Below the pieces are notes generated by a model, which was not told the DNA's origin, searched no databases, and worked only from the letters and a program-made list of their open reading frames with translations. Below, piece by piece: positions 32,601-41,505 of a DNA stretch of 64,000 nt. Numbering within the stretch: position 1 is the stretch's first letter; every line of letters begins with the position of its first letter. Made by a program: the position numbers and the translations under genes. Source of the DNA: Candidatus Nanoarchaeia archaeon (GTDB lineage Archaea > Nanobdellota > Nanobdellia > SCGC-AAA011-G17 > JAUYJU01); the NCBI GenBank assembly GCA_030700155.1, contig JAUYJU010000016.1, positions 1,188 through 65,187 of the forward strand, given 5' to 3'.

Positions 32601-33284
32601 TAATAAATCGCTAAGTTGGTATCGATTTTGCCAAACGCCGTGATAAAATGATTTTGTTTTTAGATTAGTTCTTATTTTTAGACATAGTTCTTTTATTCCG
32701 AAGTTTAATATTTTGGTTTTTAATTCTTCTCCAAAGTTTTTATCTGGACAAACATAGAAATTCTTTTCTCTTAATCTATTCAATATTTCATTTTTAATAT
32801 CCAAGTTATTTTCTGTTTTTGTTGATCTTGCGCATACAATATTATCACCTAACTTTAATTCATGAGCTTGCTTTTCTGCGAAATCCATATTTTCTAATAC
32901 AATGTACTTGTGTTCTGGTGTGGTTGTTATTTCAAAACCATTTCTTAATCTAATTTTTATTGTTTTGCCACCTTTTAATTTCCAAGCCAATTCTATCTTT
33001 TTCTTTTCTAATTTTCCTGTTTCCTTATTTAGAGAAAATATTTGGATATCCTTTTTTGATAAATCATAGATTGTGTGCTCTTCCTTTTCTTCAAATTTAG
33101 AACCCTCATTTTTAGCTCTATCGTATATCTCTTTTGCAGTTACTATCTGGCCATCTGCCAATATAATTCTAGAATCTTTAGAAATGCATTTACCGTGATG
33201 AATATGTGCAGAAGTACATATATTCCTTATCTGTTCTGGCTTACTCATAAGCCTTTTTGCTCTATCTAGATATTCGTCAGCCAT
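29616..33284 (-). CDS. fusA: Translation elongation factor 2 (aEF-2) precursor containing a 490-aa intein
   Basis: N-terminal IRNICTSAHIHHGK then Cys-initiated insert, resuming ..HN/TALTDNLLASSG; downstream EF-2 domains (G', II-V). Without the intein, ~732 aa. Confidence 0.9.
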   Translation of the reverse strand: MADEYLDRAKRLMSKPEQIRNICTSAHIHHGKCISKDSRIILADGQIVTAKEIYDRAKNEGSKFEEKEEHTIYDLSKKDIQIFSLNKETGKLEKKKIELAWKLKGGKTIKIRLRNGFEITTTPEHKYIVLENMDFAEKQAHELKLGDNIVCARSTKTENNLDIKNEILNRLREKNFYVCPDKNFGEELKTKILNFGIKELCLKIRTNLKTKSFYHGVWQNRYQLSDLLNIAELFNINDVYDNISTLVFRTGKQRGGNSNPIKLPQNFEELFYLAGLFIGDGSNKRFIVGKESLGKEFLRICNNLGFQARPKNDPGKTPAFETNKTLIHILNSLFDYPLKKKSHNIKVSNFVFKSPNNLVAKLLKGYFDCDGTVERARSAISITSVSSQMIKDLSLLLLRFNIVPIVNGDTLYISGFSAKEFIKNIGFFLEEKQNKAIKLANASVGSYVTDWVNIETSTRVSPNDTQKLIQLGAQEQTMSKCFNEDLVYLQVSSIEEGYEEEVYDFTIPDNHNFIAEGMVIHNTALTDNLLASSGFMSKKAAGSLEAGMATWLHLDEQERLMTVDAANLSMVHEFNGQEYLINMIDTPGHVDFGGNVTRAMRAIDGTIAMVCAVEGIMPQTETVIRQALRERVKPVLFINKCDRLIMELKLTPEQIQERIMKIILAFNRLIERIAEPEYKSKWQVSITDGSVAFGSARENWAMSFPFMKKKNIGFKDILKIYDKSISEEDQQKWIWENAPLNEVVLDMVIKHMPNPKEAQAYRVPHIWKGDLESPFGKSLMNCDPKGKVGFVITRITIDPKFGREISAGRLYSGTVKEGATVYLNNAKVSQRVSQVYTYLGVKPEALDEVPAGNIIALGGVSGYAGETITEEPDHPFEELKHIFEPVITKSIEPSKPQDLPKLVEILRKVAKEDPSIKVEINQETGENLISGMGELHLEIIENRIITERNFQIKTSPPIVVYRESIAKQSQEVEGKSPNKHNKFYVKVKPQDAVWSHLIKEAILRDGRVKKNDSRIYQELEKHGIPVKEARKIRAIYNGNILMDETRGIVHIGEVQELINDAFEQVMKEGPIAKEPCTSIFIEITDCKLHEDAIHRGPAQVYPAVREGIKQAMVDAELTMFEPYQVLQIDATSEYMGAVTRLVQNKRGQLLDVNHEEDNLLVKAKMPVGEMFGFAAELRSATEGKGNFFILDQEFNKIPRDLQAKIVSGIRNRKGLRDELNLS
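31719..33188 (-). mobile_element. Intein with LAGLIDADG homing-endonuclease domain, inserted in the aEF-2 P-loop (GK|T)
   Basis: Begins CISKDSRI.. directly after AHIHHGK; contains ELFYLAGLFIGDGSNK and LLKGYFDCDGTV (two LAGLIDADG motifs); ends ..GMVIHN followed by extein Thr. Confidence 0.8.
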
Positions 33285-33351
33285 TAATTATCCCTAAGAT
33301 ATTTTTTCTTGCTAGTTTATATATAAAGGTTTTGATTGGTTACTATTACTT

Positions 33352-33849
33352 CTAACTTATAAGAATTAGGTCCTTTTCGTCCTCAAACTCACGTAAATTG
33401 AAATTTGATTTTAATAGGTTTTTAATATTTTCAAAATTATTTGCTTTTTTTAGAATTGTAAAAGAGTATTTTGTGCTGGATTTTGAAACTCTTTTAATTT
33501 CAAGTATTGCTTTCTCTAAGTTGAAATGATGTATAGCTGAAACTGAGATTATTATGTCAAAAGTACTGTCACTAAAGGGAAGATTTTCTGCTGACCCTAA
33601 AACTTTTATTGCAGGAGATTGTTTTAATAGTTCTTCTGAAGGATCTAGGGAAAAACAAGTTGCTTTTTTTAAAAAAGGTTTTGTTGAAATTCCTGTCCCT
33701 GCGCCTATATCCAATAAACTTCCAGAAACTTCTAAATTTTCTTCTATAATCCTTATTTTCTTTAATTGTTCTTCTTCATGAAGTTCGTTATATCCTTTTG
33801 CTGTTTGGTTGTAGTAGTTCATCTTTTCAGTAATTCGCATACTTTGCAA
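33352..33849 (-). CDS. Class I SAM-dependent methyltransferase
   Basis: LLDIGAGTGIST motif I. Confidence 0.5.
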   Translation of the reverse strand: MQSMRITEKMNYYNQTAKGYNELHEEEQLKKIRIIEENLEVSGSLLDIGAGTGISTKPFLKKATCFSLDPSEELLKQSPAIKVLGSAENLPFSDSTFDIIISVSAIHHFNLEKAILEIKRVSKSSTKYSFTILKKANNFENIKNLLKSNFNLREFEDEKDLILIS

Positions 33850-34715
33850 AGATCTTTTGCTGCTGGTTCTTTACATTTTTTGCAAGTTCCTATCTTTTGG
33901 CCTTTGAATTGTTTCGCTAAACTTGGTAAAACTTGTAATAGAGAGTTAACTACAGATTGTTTAGTTCCTGGATATTTTGCTTCTAGATTACTAAGCATTT
34001 TTCCTACTTCGTCTCTGAATGAATCTTTGTGATTAGGGCATTCTATAAAGGTTACTGGAAGGTTTTTTAATTTTGAAAATGTAGTTGTTTCTTTTTCTGT
34101 CAAAAAATAGAGTGGTTTTATTCTTGGAATAAATTGGTCATGAGTTAAGACGCCTGTTTTTGGGCCTAATTTTGCTGAAAATGCCATATTACCTTTTAAT
34201 TGATTCATTAAAATTGATTGAGCTTCATCATCTAGATTATGTCCTGTTGCAATTTTTGTAGCTCCGTACTTTCTTGCGTATTTATTAATTAAATATCTTC
34301 TTAGAACGCCGCATAAAGCGCATGCGTTAATTTTCTTCTGTTTAAGCATTTCATCTAAAGTATTTCCAAATTCTTTTTTGTAAGAAATAATTTTTAATTC
34401 AATTCCATTTTCCTTGCAGAATTTCTTTGCGTCTTCTATAGTTATATTTCTATAACCTTTAATTCCTTCGTCAATTAGTAATCCAAAGAACTTTGTCTTT
34501 TGAGGGGTTAGTACTTTATTTAGAAGGTATAATAAAGTTAAGGAATCTTTTCCACCTGATACACCTACTGCTATAATATCTTTTTTATCAATTAAATTAT
34601 ATTGTCTAATTGTCCAGAAAACTTTCTTTTCAAAATACTTCATGAAACAGCCTTTACATAAGGGTTTGTTTCCTTGAATGATAATTACTGGATTTTCTTT
34701 ACAAGTTTTACACAT
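33819..34715 (-). CDS. ncsA: tRNA 2-thiolation PP-loop ATPase (NcsA/TtuA/Ctu1 family)
   Basis: N- and C-terminal CxxC zinc fingers flanking PP-loop AVGVSGGKDS and central CALCGVLRR. Confidence 0.7.
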   Translation of the reverse strand: MCKTCKENPVIIIQGNKPLCKGCFMKYFEKKVFWTIRQYNLIDKKDIIAVGVSGGKDSLTLLYLLNKVLTPQKTKFFGLLIDEGIKGYRNITIEDAKKFCKENGIELKIISYKKEFGNTLDEMLKQKKINACALCGVLRRYLINKYARKYGATKIATGHNLDDEAQSILMNQLKGNMAFSAKLGPKTGVLTHDQFIPRIKPLYFLTEKETTTFSKLKNLPVTFIECPNHKDSFRDEVGKMLSNLEAKYPGTKQSVVNSLLQVLPSLAKQFKGQKIGTCKKCKEPAAKDLCKVCELLKR

Positions 34716-34716
34716 T

Positions 34717-34923
34717 TTATCCGCCTGAAACCACTGATAGTAATTCTATCTTGTCCTTGTCTTTTATTTTAGCTATCTCTGCCACAACTTCTCCGTTTTT
34801 TGATATTACAACAGTAACAGGATTTATTTTTAATTTAGTAAGAAGATCTTTTAGAGTTGATCCTTCTGGTAGTTCGACTTTTTCTTTTTTATTTTCCCTT
34901 TCAATAAAAACATCTAATTTCAT
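34717..34923 (-). CDS. samp: Ubiquitin-like small archaeal modifier protein (SAMP; MoaD/ThiS fold, C-terminal Gly-Gly)
   Basis: Ends ..LLSVVSGG. ORF track starts at 34965; MKLDVFIE (34923) gives a typical ~68-aa beta-grasp protein. Confidence 0.55.
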   Translation of the reverse strand: MKLDVFIERENKKEKVELPEGSTLKDLLTKLKINPVTVVISKNGEVVAEIAKIKDKDKIELLSVVSGG

Positions 34924-34933
34924 GTTTTGAACC

Positions 34934-35893
34934 ATGGAAGATACATTTAAAAAGGTTATTATCAAGGATCTAATTATGAGATATAACAGACAAGCCCTCT
35001 ACCTTGAAAATGATGCGCTTTTGAGGGGTAAGAAAGTAGCTATTGTTGGTATTGGAGCTCTAGGTAGTGTAGCTGCTGAACTATTAGTTAGGGCAGGCAT
35101 TGGATGGATTATACTAATAGATAGAGATTCTGTTGAATTAAGTAATTTACAAAGACAGTCTTTATTTGATGAAAATGATGTTGGAAAAATGAAAGCTATT
35201 CAGGCTAAGGAACATTTAGATAAAATAAATTCTGATGTAACTGTAGAAGCATTTTCTGAAGATTTAGATTATGAAAATATTGATTTAATTAATGCTGATT
35301 TAGTTTTAGATTGTACTGATAATTTAGAAACTAGACATTTGATTAATGAATATTGTAATAAGAAAAAAATAAAATGGATTTATTCTGGAGCAATACAAAA
35401 TAGAGGATTTATATTTAATGTGATTCCTGATAATGCTTGTTTTAATTGCATTGTAAAAGCTAAACATGGTGTTGAAACATGTGATACTGTTGGAGTTTTG
35501 AATTCTATTACGCATACAATTGGAAGTTTACAAGTTAATGAGGCTGTTAAACTATTATTAAATAAGGATTATGAAAAAGATTTGATGCATATTAATCTAG
35601 AAAATAATGAAATTAAGAAATTAAAAGTAAATAAAGATAGTGAATGTGAAGTCTGCAACGGAAATTATGAATATTTATCTGGCAAGCAGGAAAATAAGCT
35701 TATTAAATTGTGTGGTACTGGTAAATATCAGATAAAGGGGGATTTTGATTTTGAGGGTTTAAAGAAAAGATTTGGAAAAGAAGGTGATGTGATTATTTTA
35801 GATAATTTAACTATCTTTAAAAATAGAGTATTAGTGAAAGCTAAAGATGAAGCAGAAGCAAAATCTTTATATTCTAAATTCATTGGTGCTTAG
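34934..35893 (+). CDS. ubaA: E1-like SAMP-activating enzyme (UbaA; MoeB/ThiF family)
   Basis: RYNRQ motif, nucleotide-binding VAIVGIGALGSVAAELLVRAGIG, catalytic Cys ETCDTVGV, C-terminal CxxC. Confidence 0.75.
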   Translation: MEDTFKKVIIKDLIMRYNRQALYLENDALLRGKKVAIVGIGALGSVAAELLVRAGIGWIILIDRDSVELSNLQRQSLFDENDVGKMKAIQAKEHLDKINSDVTVEAFSEDLDYENIDLINADLVLDCTDNLETRHLINEYCNKKKIKWIYSGAIQNRGFIFNVIPDNACFNCIVKAKHGVETCDTVGVLNSITHTIGSLQVNEAVKLLLNKDYEKDLMHINLENNEIKKLKVNKDSECEVCNGNYEYLSGKQENKLIKLCGTGKYQIKGDFDFEGLKKRFGKEGDVIILDNLTIFKNRVLVKAKDEAEAKSLYSKFIGA

Positions 35894-35894
35894 T

Positions 35895-36845
35895 ATGGCT
35901 AAATTATTTATCTTATTATGCTTAATTATTATAGTTGGTGGTTGTGCAGAACAATCATTTAACATAATTAGCAGATCAAATTCTGCATGGGAAAGAAAAA
36001 CTGATTTACTAACTGCGAGAGATGAGATTGATGCTGTTGCTTTAAATGGAAAAATCTATGCAATAGGTGGTTTTGAGAAAACTGGTTCTGTAACTAAATT
36101 TGTTGAAGAATATAATCTTGAAAAAAATGAATGGAAATTTGAAACTATAACTCCAATAGCCCTACATCATCCTGGAGCTGCGGCTGTAAACGGAAAAATC
36201 TATGTGATTGGTGGATTTTCAAAGGGTTGGACTCCTGTTGCAGAAGTTTATGAATACGATCCCATCTCTGATAAGTGGACTAAAAAAACTTCCATGAATT
36301 TTGCTAGAGGCGCTTTGACTGTTGCGGCGGTAAATGGAAGAATATATGCGATAGGGGGAATGGATCAAAATGTTTTAGATATTTTGGAAGTTTATAATCC
36401 AAATTATGATAGTTGGGAAGTAATAGCAAATATGCCAACTGCGAGAGCTTATGCCGCATCTTCTTCTGTGGATGGAAAAATCTATGTTATCGGTGGAAGA
36501 CAGAGTGAAAATGGAAACGGTGTTAATGTGAATGAGGTTTATGATCCTTTGACAAATACTTGGGAAACAAAAAAAGCTATGCCTACAATTAGAAGTGGGT
36601 TGGCTGCTGCTTCAATTGGAAATAAAATCTACGTTATTGGTGGAGAAAATGTTATAAAAACTTATGATCTAAATGAAGTTTATGATACTAAAACTGATTC
36701 CTGGAGTTTTGCACAAAACATGCCAACTGCGAGACATGGACTTGGTGCTGTAAGTTTAAATGGAAAGGTATATACTATTGCTGGTGGTTTAAGTCCTGGT
36801 GCAAGTTATAGTAATTTATTAGAAGTTTTCACGCCTTCAAATTAA
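35895..36845 (+). CDS. Kelch-repeat beta-propeller protein, exported (N-terminal signal/lipobox-like)
   Basis: Six repeats of NGKIYxIGG...W pattern; signal MAKLFILLCLIIIVGGCAE. Start chosen at Met-17 of the track ORF, directly after the ubaA stop. Confidence 0.6.
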   Translation: MAKLFILLCLIIIVGGCAEQSFNIISRSNSAWERKTDLLTARDEIDAVALNGKIYAIGGFEKTGSVTKFVEEYNLEKNEWKFETITPIALHHPGAAAVNGKIYVIGGFSKGWTPVAEVYEYDPISDKWTKKTSMNFARGALTVAAVNGRIYAIGGMDQNVLDILEVYNPNYDSWEVIANMPTARAYAASSSVDGKIYVIGGRQSENGNGVNVNEVYDPLTNTWETKKAMPTIRSGLAAASIGNKIYVIGGENVIKTYDLNEVYDTKTDSWSFAQNMPTARHGLGAVSLNGKVYTIAGGLSPGASYSNLLEVFTPSN

Positions 36846-39005
36846 TTTTTTATTTTTAATTCTTAAACTATTTCCAACTACACTTACACTGGAGAATGCC
36901 ATTGCACCTGCTGCAATCATTGGATTTAACAGACCTAAAGCAGCTAAGGGAATTGCTGCAAGATTATAAAAAAATGCCCAGAATAAATTTTGTTTTATTG
37001 TTTTGAAAGTTAATTTAGATAATACAATCGCTTCTACAACTTTTATTGGGTTGCCTTTAACTAAAACTATGTTTCCAGATTCTATTGCTATATCTGTTCC
37101 TGTACCGATTGCAATGCCTAAATCTGATTGTGCAAGAGCTGGTGCATCATTAATACCGTCTCCAACAAATGCAACTTTATTGCCTAACTTTTGAAGTTCT
37201 TTTACTTTTTTTGATTTGTCTTGAGGCAATACTTCTGCAAGAACATTCTTTATACCTAACTCTGTTGCAATTGCATTAGCTGTTCTTTGATTGTCTCCTG
37301 TAAGCATGTAAATATTAATTCCCATCTTATTAAGTCTAGAAACTGCTTCACCTGCATCTTCTTTTAGAGTATCTGCGATTGCAATTAAACCTGCAACTTT
37401 ATTATTACTTGTCATAACTACGACTGTTTTTGCTTCTTTTTCAAGCTTTTCTATTTTTGATTGACATTCTGTTATTGAAATTTTTAATTCCTTTGCTAAT
37501 CTTGGATTTCCTAGGACTAATCTATTTGTTCCAATCTTTCCTTTTACGCCTTTTCCTGCCAGGTTTTCAAATCCAGTTATTTTCTTAAGAACTATCTTTT
37601 TTTCTTTTGCAGTATCTACTATTGCTTGAGCTAATGGATGTTCAGAAAGTTTTTCTAAACTTGCTGCTAAAATTAAAACTTCTTCTTCAGAATAATTGTT
37701 ATATGGAACTATGTTTGTGACTTTTGGCTTTCCTTCTGTTAATGTTCCTGTCTTATCAAAGATTACAACATCAATTTTATTACTTTTTTCTAATGATTCT
37801 CCGTTTTTAATTATTATTCCGCGTCTTGCGCCTAAACCTGTGCCAACCATTATTGCTGTTGGTGTAGCTAAGCCTAAAGCACATGGACAAGCTATAATTA
37901 AAACAGCAACTGCTGGAATAACACTCCGAGTTATATCTCCAGTAATTAAATACCAAGAAACTGCAGTTATAACTGCAATTACTAAAACTATTGGAACAAA
38001 AATTCCTGAAATGGTATCTACTAGTTTTTGAATAGGGGCTTTTTTTGACTGAGCTTCTGCAACCATCTTTACAATCTGCGCTAAAACTGTATCTTCACCT
38101 ACTTTGGTTGCTTTAATATAGATTGCTCCGCTTAGATTTATTGTTGCGCCGAAAACATCATCGTTGATATTTTTATTAACAGGCATACTTTCTCCTGTTA
38201 ACATGGATTCATTAATATTAGTTGAACCTTCTGTAACTTTGCCGTCAACTGGGATTTTTTCTCCTGGTTTAACTAACAAAATATCGCCTACTTTAACCTG
38301 TTCAATAGGAATGTTTATTTCTTTATTATTTCTAATTACGCGAGCGGTTTTTGCTCCAAGTTGTAATAATTTTTCTATTGCTTCTGAAGCTTGACCACGG
38401 CTTTTTGCTTCAAAATATCTTCCTAATAAGATAAATGCTGTAATTATTGCACCAATCTCATAATAAACTTCAGCGCTATACAACATTGCCCATAAACTAT
38501 AGATTAAAGCTGTCAGAGTACCTAGAGAAACTAATGTGTCCATGTTTGCTGAGAACGTCCTTAGCTGTTTTAACATTCCTTGATGAAATTCAAAACCGTA
38601 GTAAAGTATTACAATAGTACTTAGTATAGCTTGAATCCAAGTGCTTAAATTATAATTTAAAAAGCTATAAGGTAATTCTATAGAAAGCATTGAAATTAAA
38701 ACTGCAGGTGCTGCCAGAATTAAAGAGATAAAAGCGCGATTTCTTGACGCTAATAACTCTTTTTTTGATTTTTCTTTGTGGACGTGTCCTGCTTCATGCT
38801 GCAAAACCTTATAACCATTTTTTATTATTACTTCATGTAAACTCATTTCATTTGTAAGATTTTCATCATATTCTACCGTAGCAGAATGAGTTGCAAAATT
38901 AACTGATGCTGATTCAACTCCTTTTATCTTCTTTAGAACCTTCTCATTCTTTATAGCACAAGAAGCACAATGCATTCCTCCAATTTGAAATGTTGTTTTT
39001 TTCAT
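36837..39005 (-). CDS. copA: Copper-translocating P1B-type ATPase CopA
   Basis: N-terminal HMA GMHCASCA, membrane CPC, phosphorylation DKTGTLT, GDGINDAP hinge. Confidence 0.9.
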   Translation of the reverse strand: MKKTTFQIGGMHCASCAIKNEKVLKKIKGVESASVNFATHSATVEYDENLTNEMSLHEVIIKNGYKVLQHEAGHVHKEKSKKELLASRNRAFISLILAAPAVLISMLSIELPYSFLNYNLSTWIQAILSTIVILYYGFEFHQGMLKQLRTFSANMDTLVSLGTLTALIYSLWAMLYSAEVYYEIGAIITAFILLGRYFEAKSRGQASEAIEKLLQLGAKTARVIRNNKEINIPIEQVKVGDILLVKPGEKIPVDGKVTEGSTNINESMLTGESMPVNKNINDDVFGATINLSGAIYIKATKVGEDTVLAQIVKMVAEAQSKKAPIQKLVDTISGIFVPIVLVIAVITAVSWYLITGDITRSVIPAVAVLIIACPCALGLATPTAIMVGTGLGARRGIIIKNGESLEKSNKIDVVIFDKTGTLTEGKPKVTNIVPYNNYSEEEVLILAASLEKLSEHPLAQAIVDTAKEKKIVLKKITGFENLAGKGVKGKIGTNRLVLGNPRLAKELKISITECQSKIEKLEKEAKTVVVMTSNNKVAGLIAIADTLKEDAGEAVSRLNKMGINIYMLTGDNQRTANAIATELGIKNVLAEVLPQDKSKKVKELQKLGNKVAFVGDGINDAPALAQSDLGIAIGTGTDIAIESGNIVLVKGNPIKVVEAIVLSKLTFKTIKQNLFWAFFYNLAAIPLAALGLLNPMIAAGAMAFSSVSVVGNSLRIKNKKLI

Positions 39006-39895
39006 AGGATTTTAGCCCAGCTAGAGCCTCCGTCTAAACTTTTGTAAATTAAATTCTTCTTTGTTAAAACGTAAACTGTTTCTGAATTTATCTTAGAATA
39101 AGCTATATAAAAAACAAAATCGTTTTCGAAAGTTTCTTCTATTTTATTCCAGGTTGCACCTGAATCTGTGCTTTTTGCAAGACCTCTTGGTGTAAAAGAC
39201 AACATCTCTAATGGATTACCTGGATTTATTGCAAATGAAATTATAGCTACATCTTTTAATTTTTCTGATGTTAAAATCCATGATTCTCCTTTATCTCCGC
39301 TGCTGAAAAGTCCTACACCTGTTGCAGCATAAACTTTATTTTCATCTTTTGGATCTGCAATTAAACTGTAAACTCCAGAACCTTTAGCAAGCGTTAGTAA
39401 ATTAGTTGGAATTAGTTTCCAAGTTTCGCCTCTGTCTAAACTTCTTTGCAAAGAATTAGCAAACCACCCGTAAATTATATTTGGATTTGCATGACTAACT
39501 GCCATTGCATGAAAATCTACAGGTCCATTTAGTCCATTTGAGATTTTTTTCCATGTGAAACCAGCATTTTCTGAAATTTGGAAACCTAAATTGCCTCCTA
39601 ATTCAGGATGACCGCTGCTGAAAAACATTTTAGAATTGGTTGGATGTATAGAAAATCCCATATAATCATCTTCGCGTTTTCCTATTCTGTATAGCTCCTT
39701 GTCATTAAGCATCATCATTAAACCATGATGAGTTGCGATGTATAACTTAGATGGATCTTCAATATCAACTGCCAAACCATGCCCATGAGTCACTAATTCA
39801 GCCGGATAAAGTTTATTATTTGGTTTTAATAAAAATATTGAAAAAACTATCACTAATAAAATTGCGATGATCCAATAAGTTTTTGTTTTTTTCAT
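39002..39895 (-). CDS. Hypothetical exported protein (probable beta-propeller) in the cop operon
   Basis: N-terminal TM/signal; Gly/Ser/Thr/Trp-rich repeats; translationally coupled to copA and upstream gene. Confidence 0.3.
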   Translation of the reverse strand: MKKTKTYWIIAILLVIVFSIFLLKPNNKLYPAELVTHGHGLAVDIEDPSKLYIATHHGLMMMLNDKELYRIGKREDDYMGFSIHPTNSKMFFSSGHPELGGNLGFQISENAGFTWKKISNGLNGPVDFHAMAVSHANPNIIYGWFANSLQRSLDRGETWKLIPTNLLTLAKGSGVYSLIADPKDENKVYAATGVGLFSSGDKGESWILTSEKLKDVAIISFAINPGNPLEMLSFTPRGLAKSTDSGATWNKIEETFENDFVFYIAYSKINSETVYVLTKKNLIYKSLDGGSSWAKIL

Positions 39896-41229
39896 ATTAC
39901 TTCAAATGCTGCTCCTCTTGTTGTCATACCCATTGAACAACTAAACGGTATTAAACCTTTTTCTTTTGGTACGAAACTTATCACTTTTTTACCTTGACTA
40001 GGAAGGAATTCAATTATATTAAGTTTAGGTATTGTTATGACGTGTGCGCATCCTGCCGCTCTTGATGCATCAATTACAAATTCAACTGGAACTCCTTGTT
40101 TGACTTTAAATCTTGATGGGGAATACTCATAACCACTTATCACCATTTCAACTACTTGTTTTCCATCTATTATATTTGTATCTGCAGCAACGTTTCCAAT
40201 TGAATTAGATGGTAAGACAACTGCTGCACCAGTTAGACTTAAACCACTGCTTATATTAATAAATCCAATAAGTATGATTAAAACTGCAGAAACCTTTATT
40301 GCATATTTTTGGAAACTTCCTTTTGCAAAACTTGATAGAGCGCCTACTGAAACTAAACCAGGCAAAGTACCTAAAGAAAATGCTAACATGGTTAATGCTC
40401 CAACTATGAAACTGCCCTGACTTAAAACGTAAAGCTGTAATGCTTGTGTAAATCCACAAGGAAAGAAAAAAGTTGATGCTCCAAACATAAAAGGTGCTGA
40501 TTTGCTTTGTGATTTGCTGTAAATATTATGCGCGATAAATTTGGGCATTTTAAATTGCAAGAAATGTAAAAATGGAAATAAATTAAGCATTTGTGTTCCG
40601 ATCAAAATCATAATTAAACTTGCAGCAATAAGCAAAAATCCTCCAATCTTGGTGGATAAAATTAAAACAGAACCTAAAGATCCTATCAAACCACCTAAAA
40701 GTGTATATGAGATAATACGACCAAGATTAAAATAAATATGCGGCTTAAATTTCTGATAACTTGTAAGGTTTTTATTATTCTCGTTATATTTTTGTGAAAT
40801 TGCTAGAATTAATCCTCCTGTAACTGCCATGCAGGTTGAAACTGCTGCAACTAAACCGATGATAAATACTAATCCATAACTTAAATTATCTGAAATTCCA
40901 ATCTCTGGTAAAATTTGAAATTGTTTTAAGATTATATAGAGACTAACTAAGATTAAAAAAATAAACCCTATGTTAAGGTAATCATCAAATGAATTTTTAA
41001 TTATTGTTTCATTGTTTTCGTGTATTATATATCCATCTGCTTTTATTGATGATTGTAATTCTTCAATAGAAGGTTCTTTGGTGTAGAATATTTCTGCTTC
41101 TCCTTTAGAATGACTGACCTTAACTTTGTTTACGCCTGGAACTGCTTTGAATTTTCTTTCTATTAAAACTTCGCAGCTTGAGCAGTGCATTCCTCTTATT
41201 TTTAGGGTTTTTTTATTTAGTGTGCTCAC
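39892..41229 (-). CDS. HMA-domain membrane protein with C-terminal cupredoxin-like domain (copper handling)
   Basis: N-terminal IRGMHCSSCE metal-binding motif, about 6 TM helices, C-terminal AAGCAHV..FSCSMGM Cys/His/Met cluster. Confidence 0.5.
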   Translation of the reverse strand: MSTLNKKTLKIRGMHCSSCEVLIERKFKAVPGVNKVKVSHSKGEAEIFYTKEPSIEELQSSIKADGYIIHENNETIIKNSFDDYLNIGFIFLILVSLYIILKQFQILPEIGISDNLSYGLVFIIGLVAAVSTCMAVTGGLILAISQKYNENNKNLTSYQKFKPHIYFNLGRIISYTLLGGLIGSLGSVLILSTKIGGFLLIAASLIMILIGTQMLNLFPFLHFLQFKMPKFIAHNIYSKSQSKSAPFMFGASTFFFPCGFTQALQLYVLSQGSFIVGALTMLAFSLGTLPGLVSVGALSSFAKGSFQKYAIKVSAVLIILIGFINISSGLSLTGAAVVLPSNSIGNVAADTNIIDGKQVVEMVISGYEYSPSRFKVKQGVPVEFVIDASRAAGCAHVITIPKLNIIEFLPSQGKKVISFVPKEKGLIPFSCSMGMTTRGAAFEVI

Positions 41230-41236
41230 TTTAATC

Positions 41237-41374
41237 TTATCTCTTTCTGTTTATGTCTTTCCATATCTTGTATATCCACAAGTAAACTAAGACCACTAAT
41301 CCAATCGCTAAAAGATTAAATAAAGCCATTCCACCGTAAAATCCACCCATCATATTTCCGTCCATCATACACAT
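41237..41374 (-). CDS. Met-rich 45-aa membrane micro-protein (MCMMDGNMMGGFYGGMALFNLLAIGLVVLVYLWIYKIWKDINRKR)
   Basis: Manual translation; below ORF-track cutoff. Seven Met + Cys in the first 16 residues, then one TM helix. Sits at the head of the cop gene string. Confidence 0.3.
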   Translation of the reverse strand: MCMMDGNMMGGFYGGMALFNLLAIGLVVLVYLWIYKIWKDINRKR

Positions 41375-41505
41375 AACCTCCAACCTCCATCGACTTGAAT
41401 TAAATTTGTAAGAAACAGTTTATATAGGTACTTATGAAACTAGTTTCTTAATAGGTTAACATACGTTAAGCCAATCTATATAAACTATTTCGCTTAATTA
41501 ACTTT

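Noticed and set aside
31972-38394. Antisense or alternative-frame ORFs inside aEF-2, the methyltransferase/NcsA/UbaA genes and copA (e.g. 31972..32259, 33554..33781, 33766..34032, 35324..35515, 37003..37194, 37696..38031, 38164..38394)
   Set aside because: Each is embedded in a longer, clearly conserved gene on the opposite strand or another frame.
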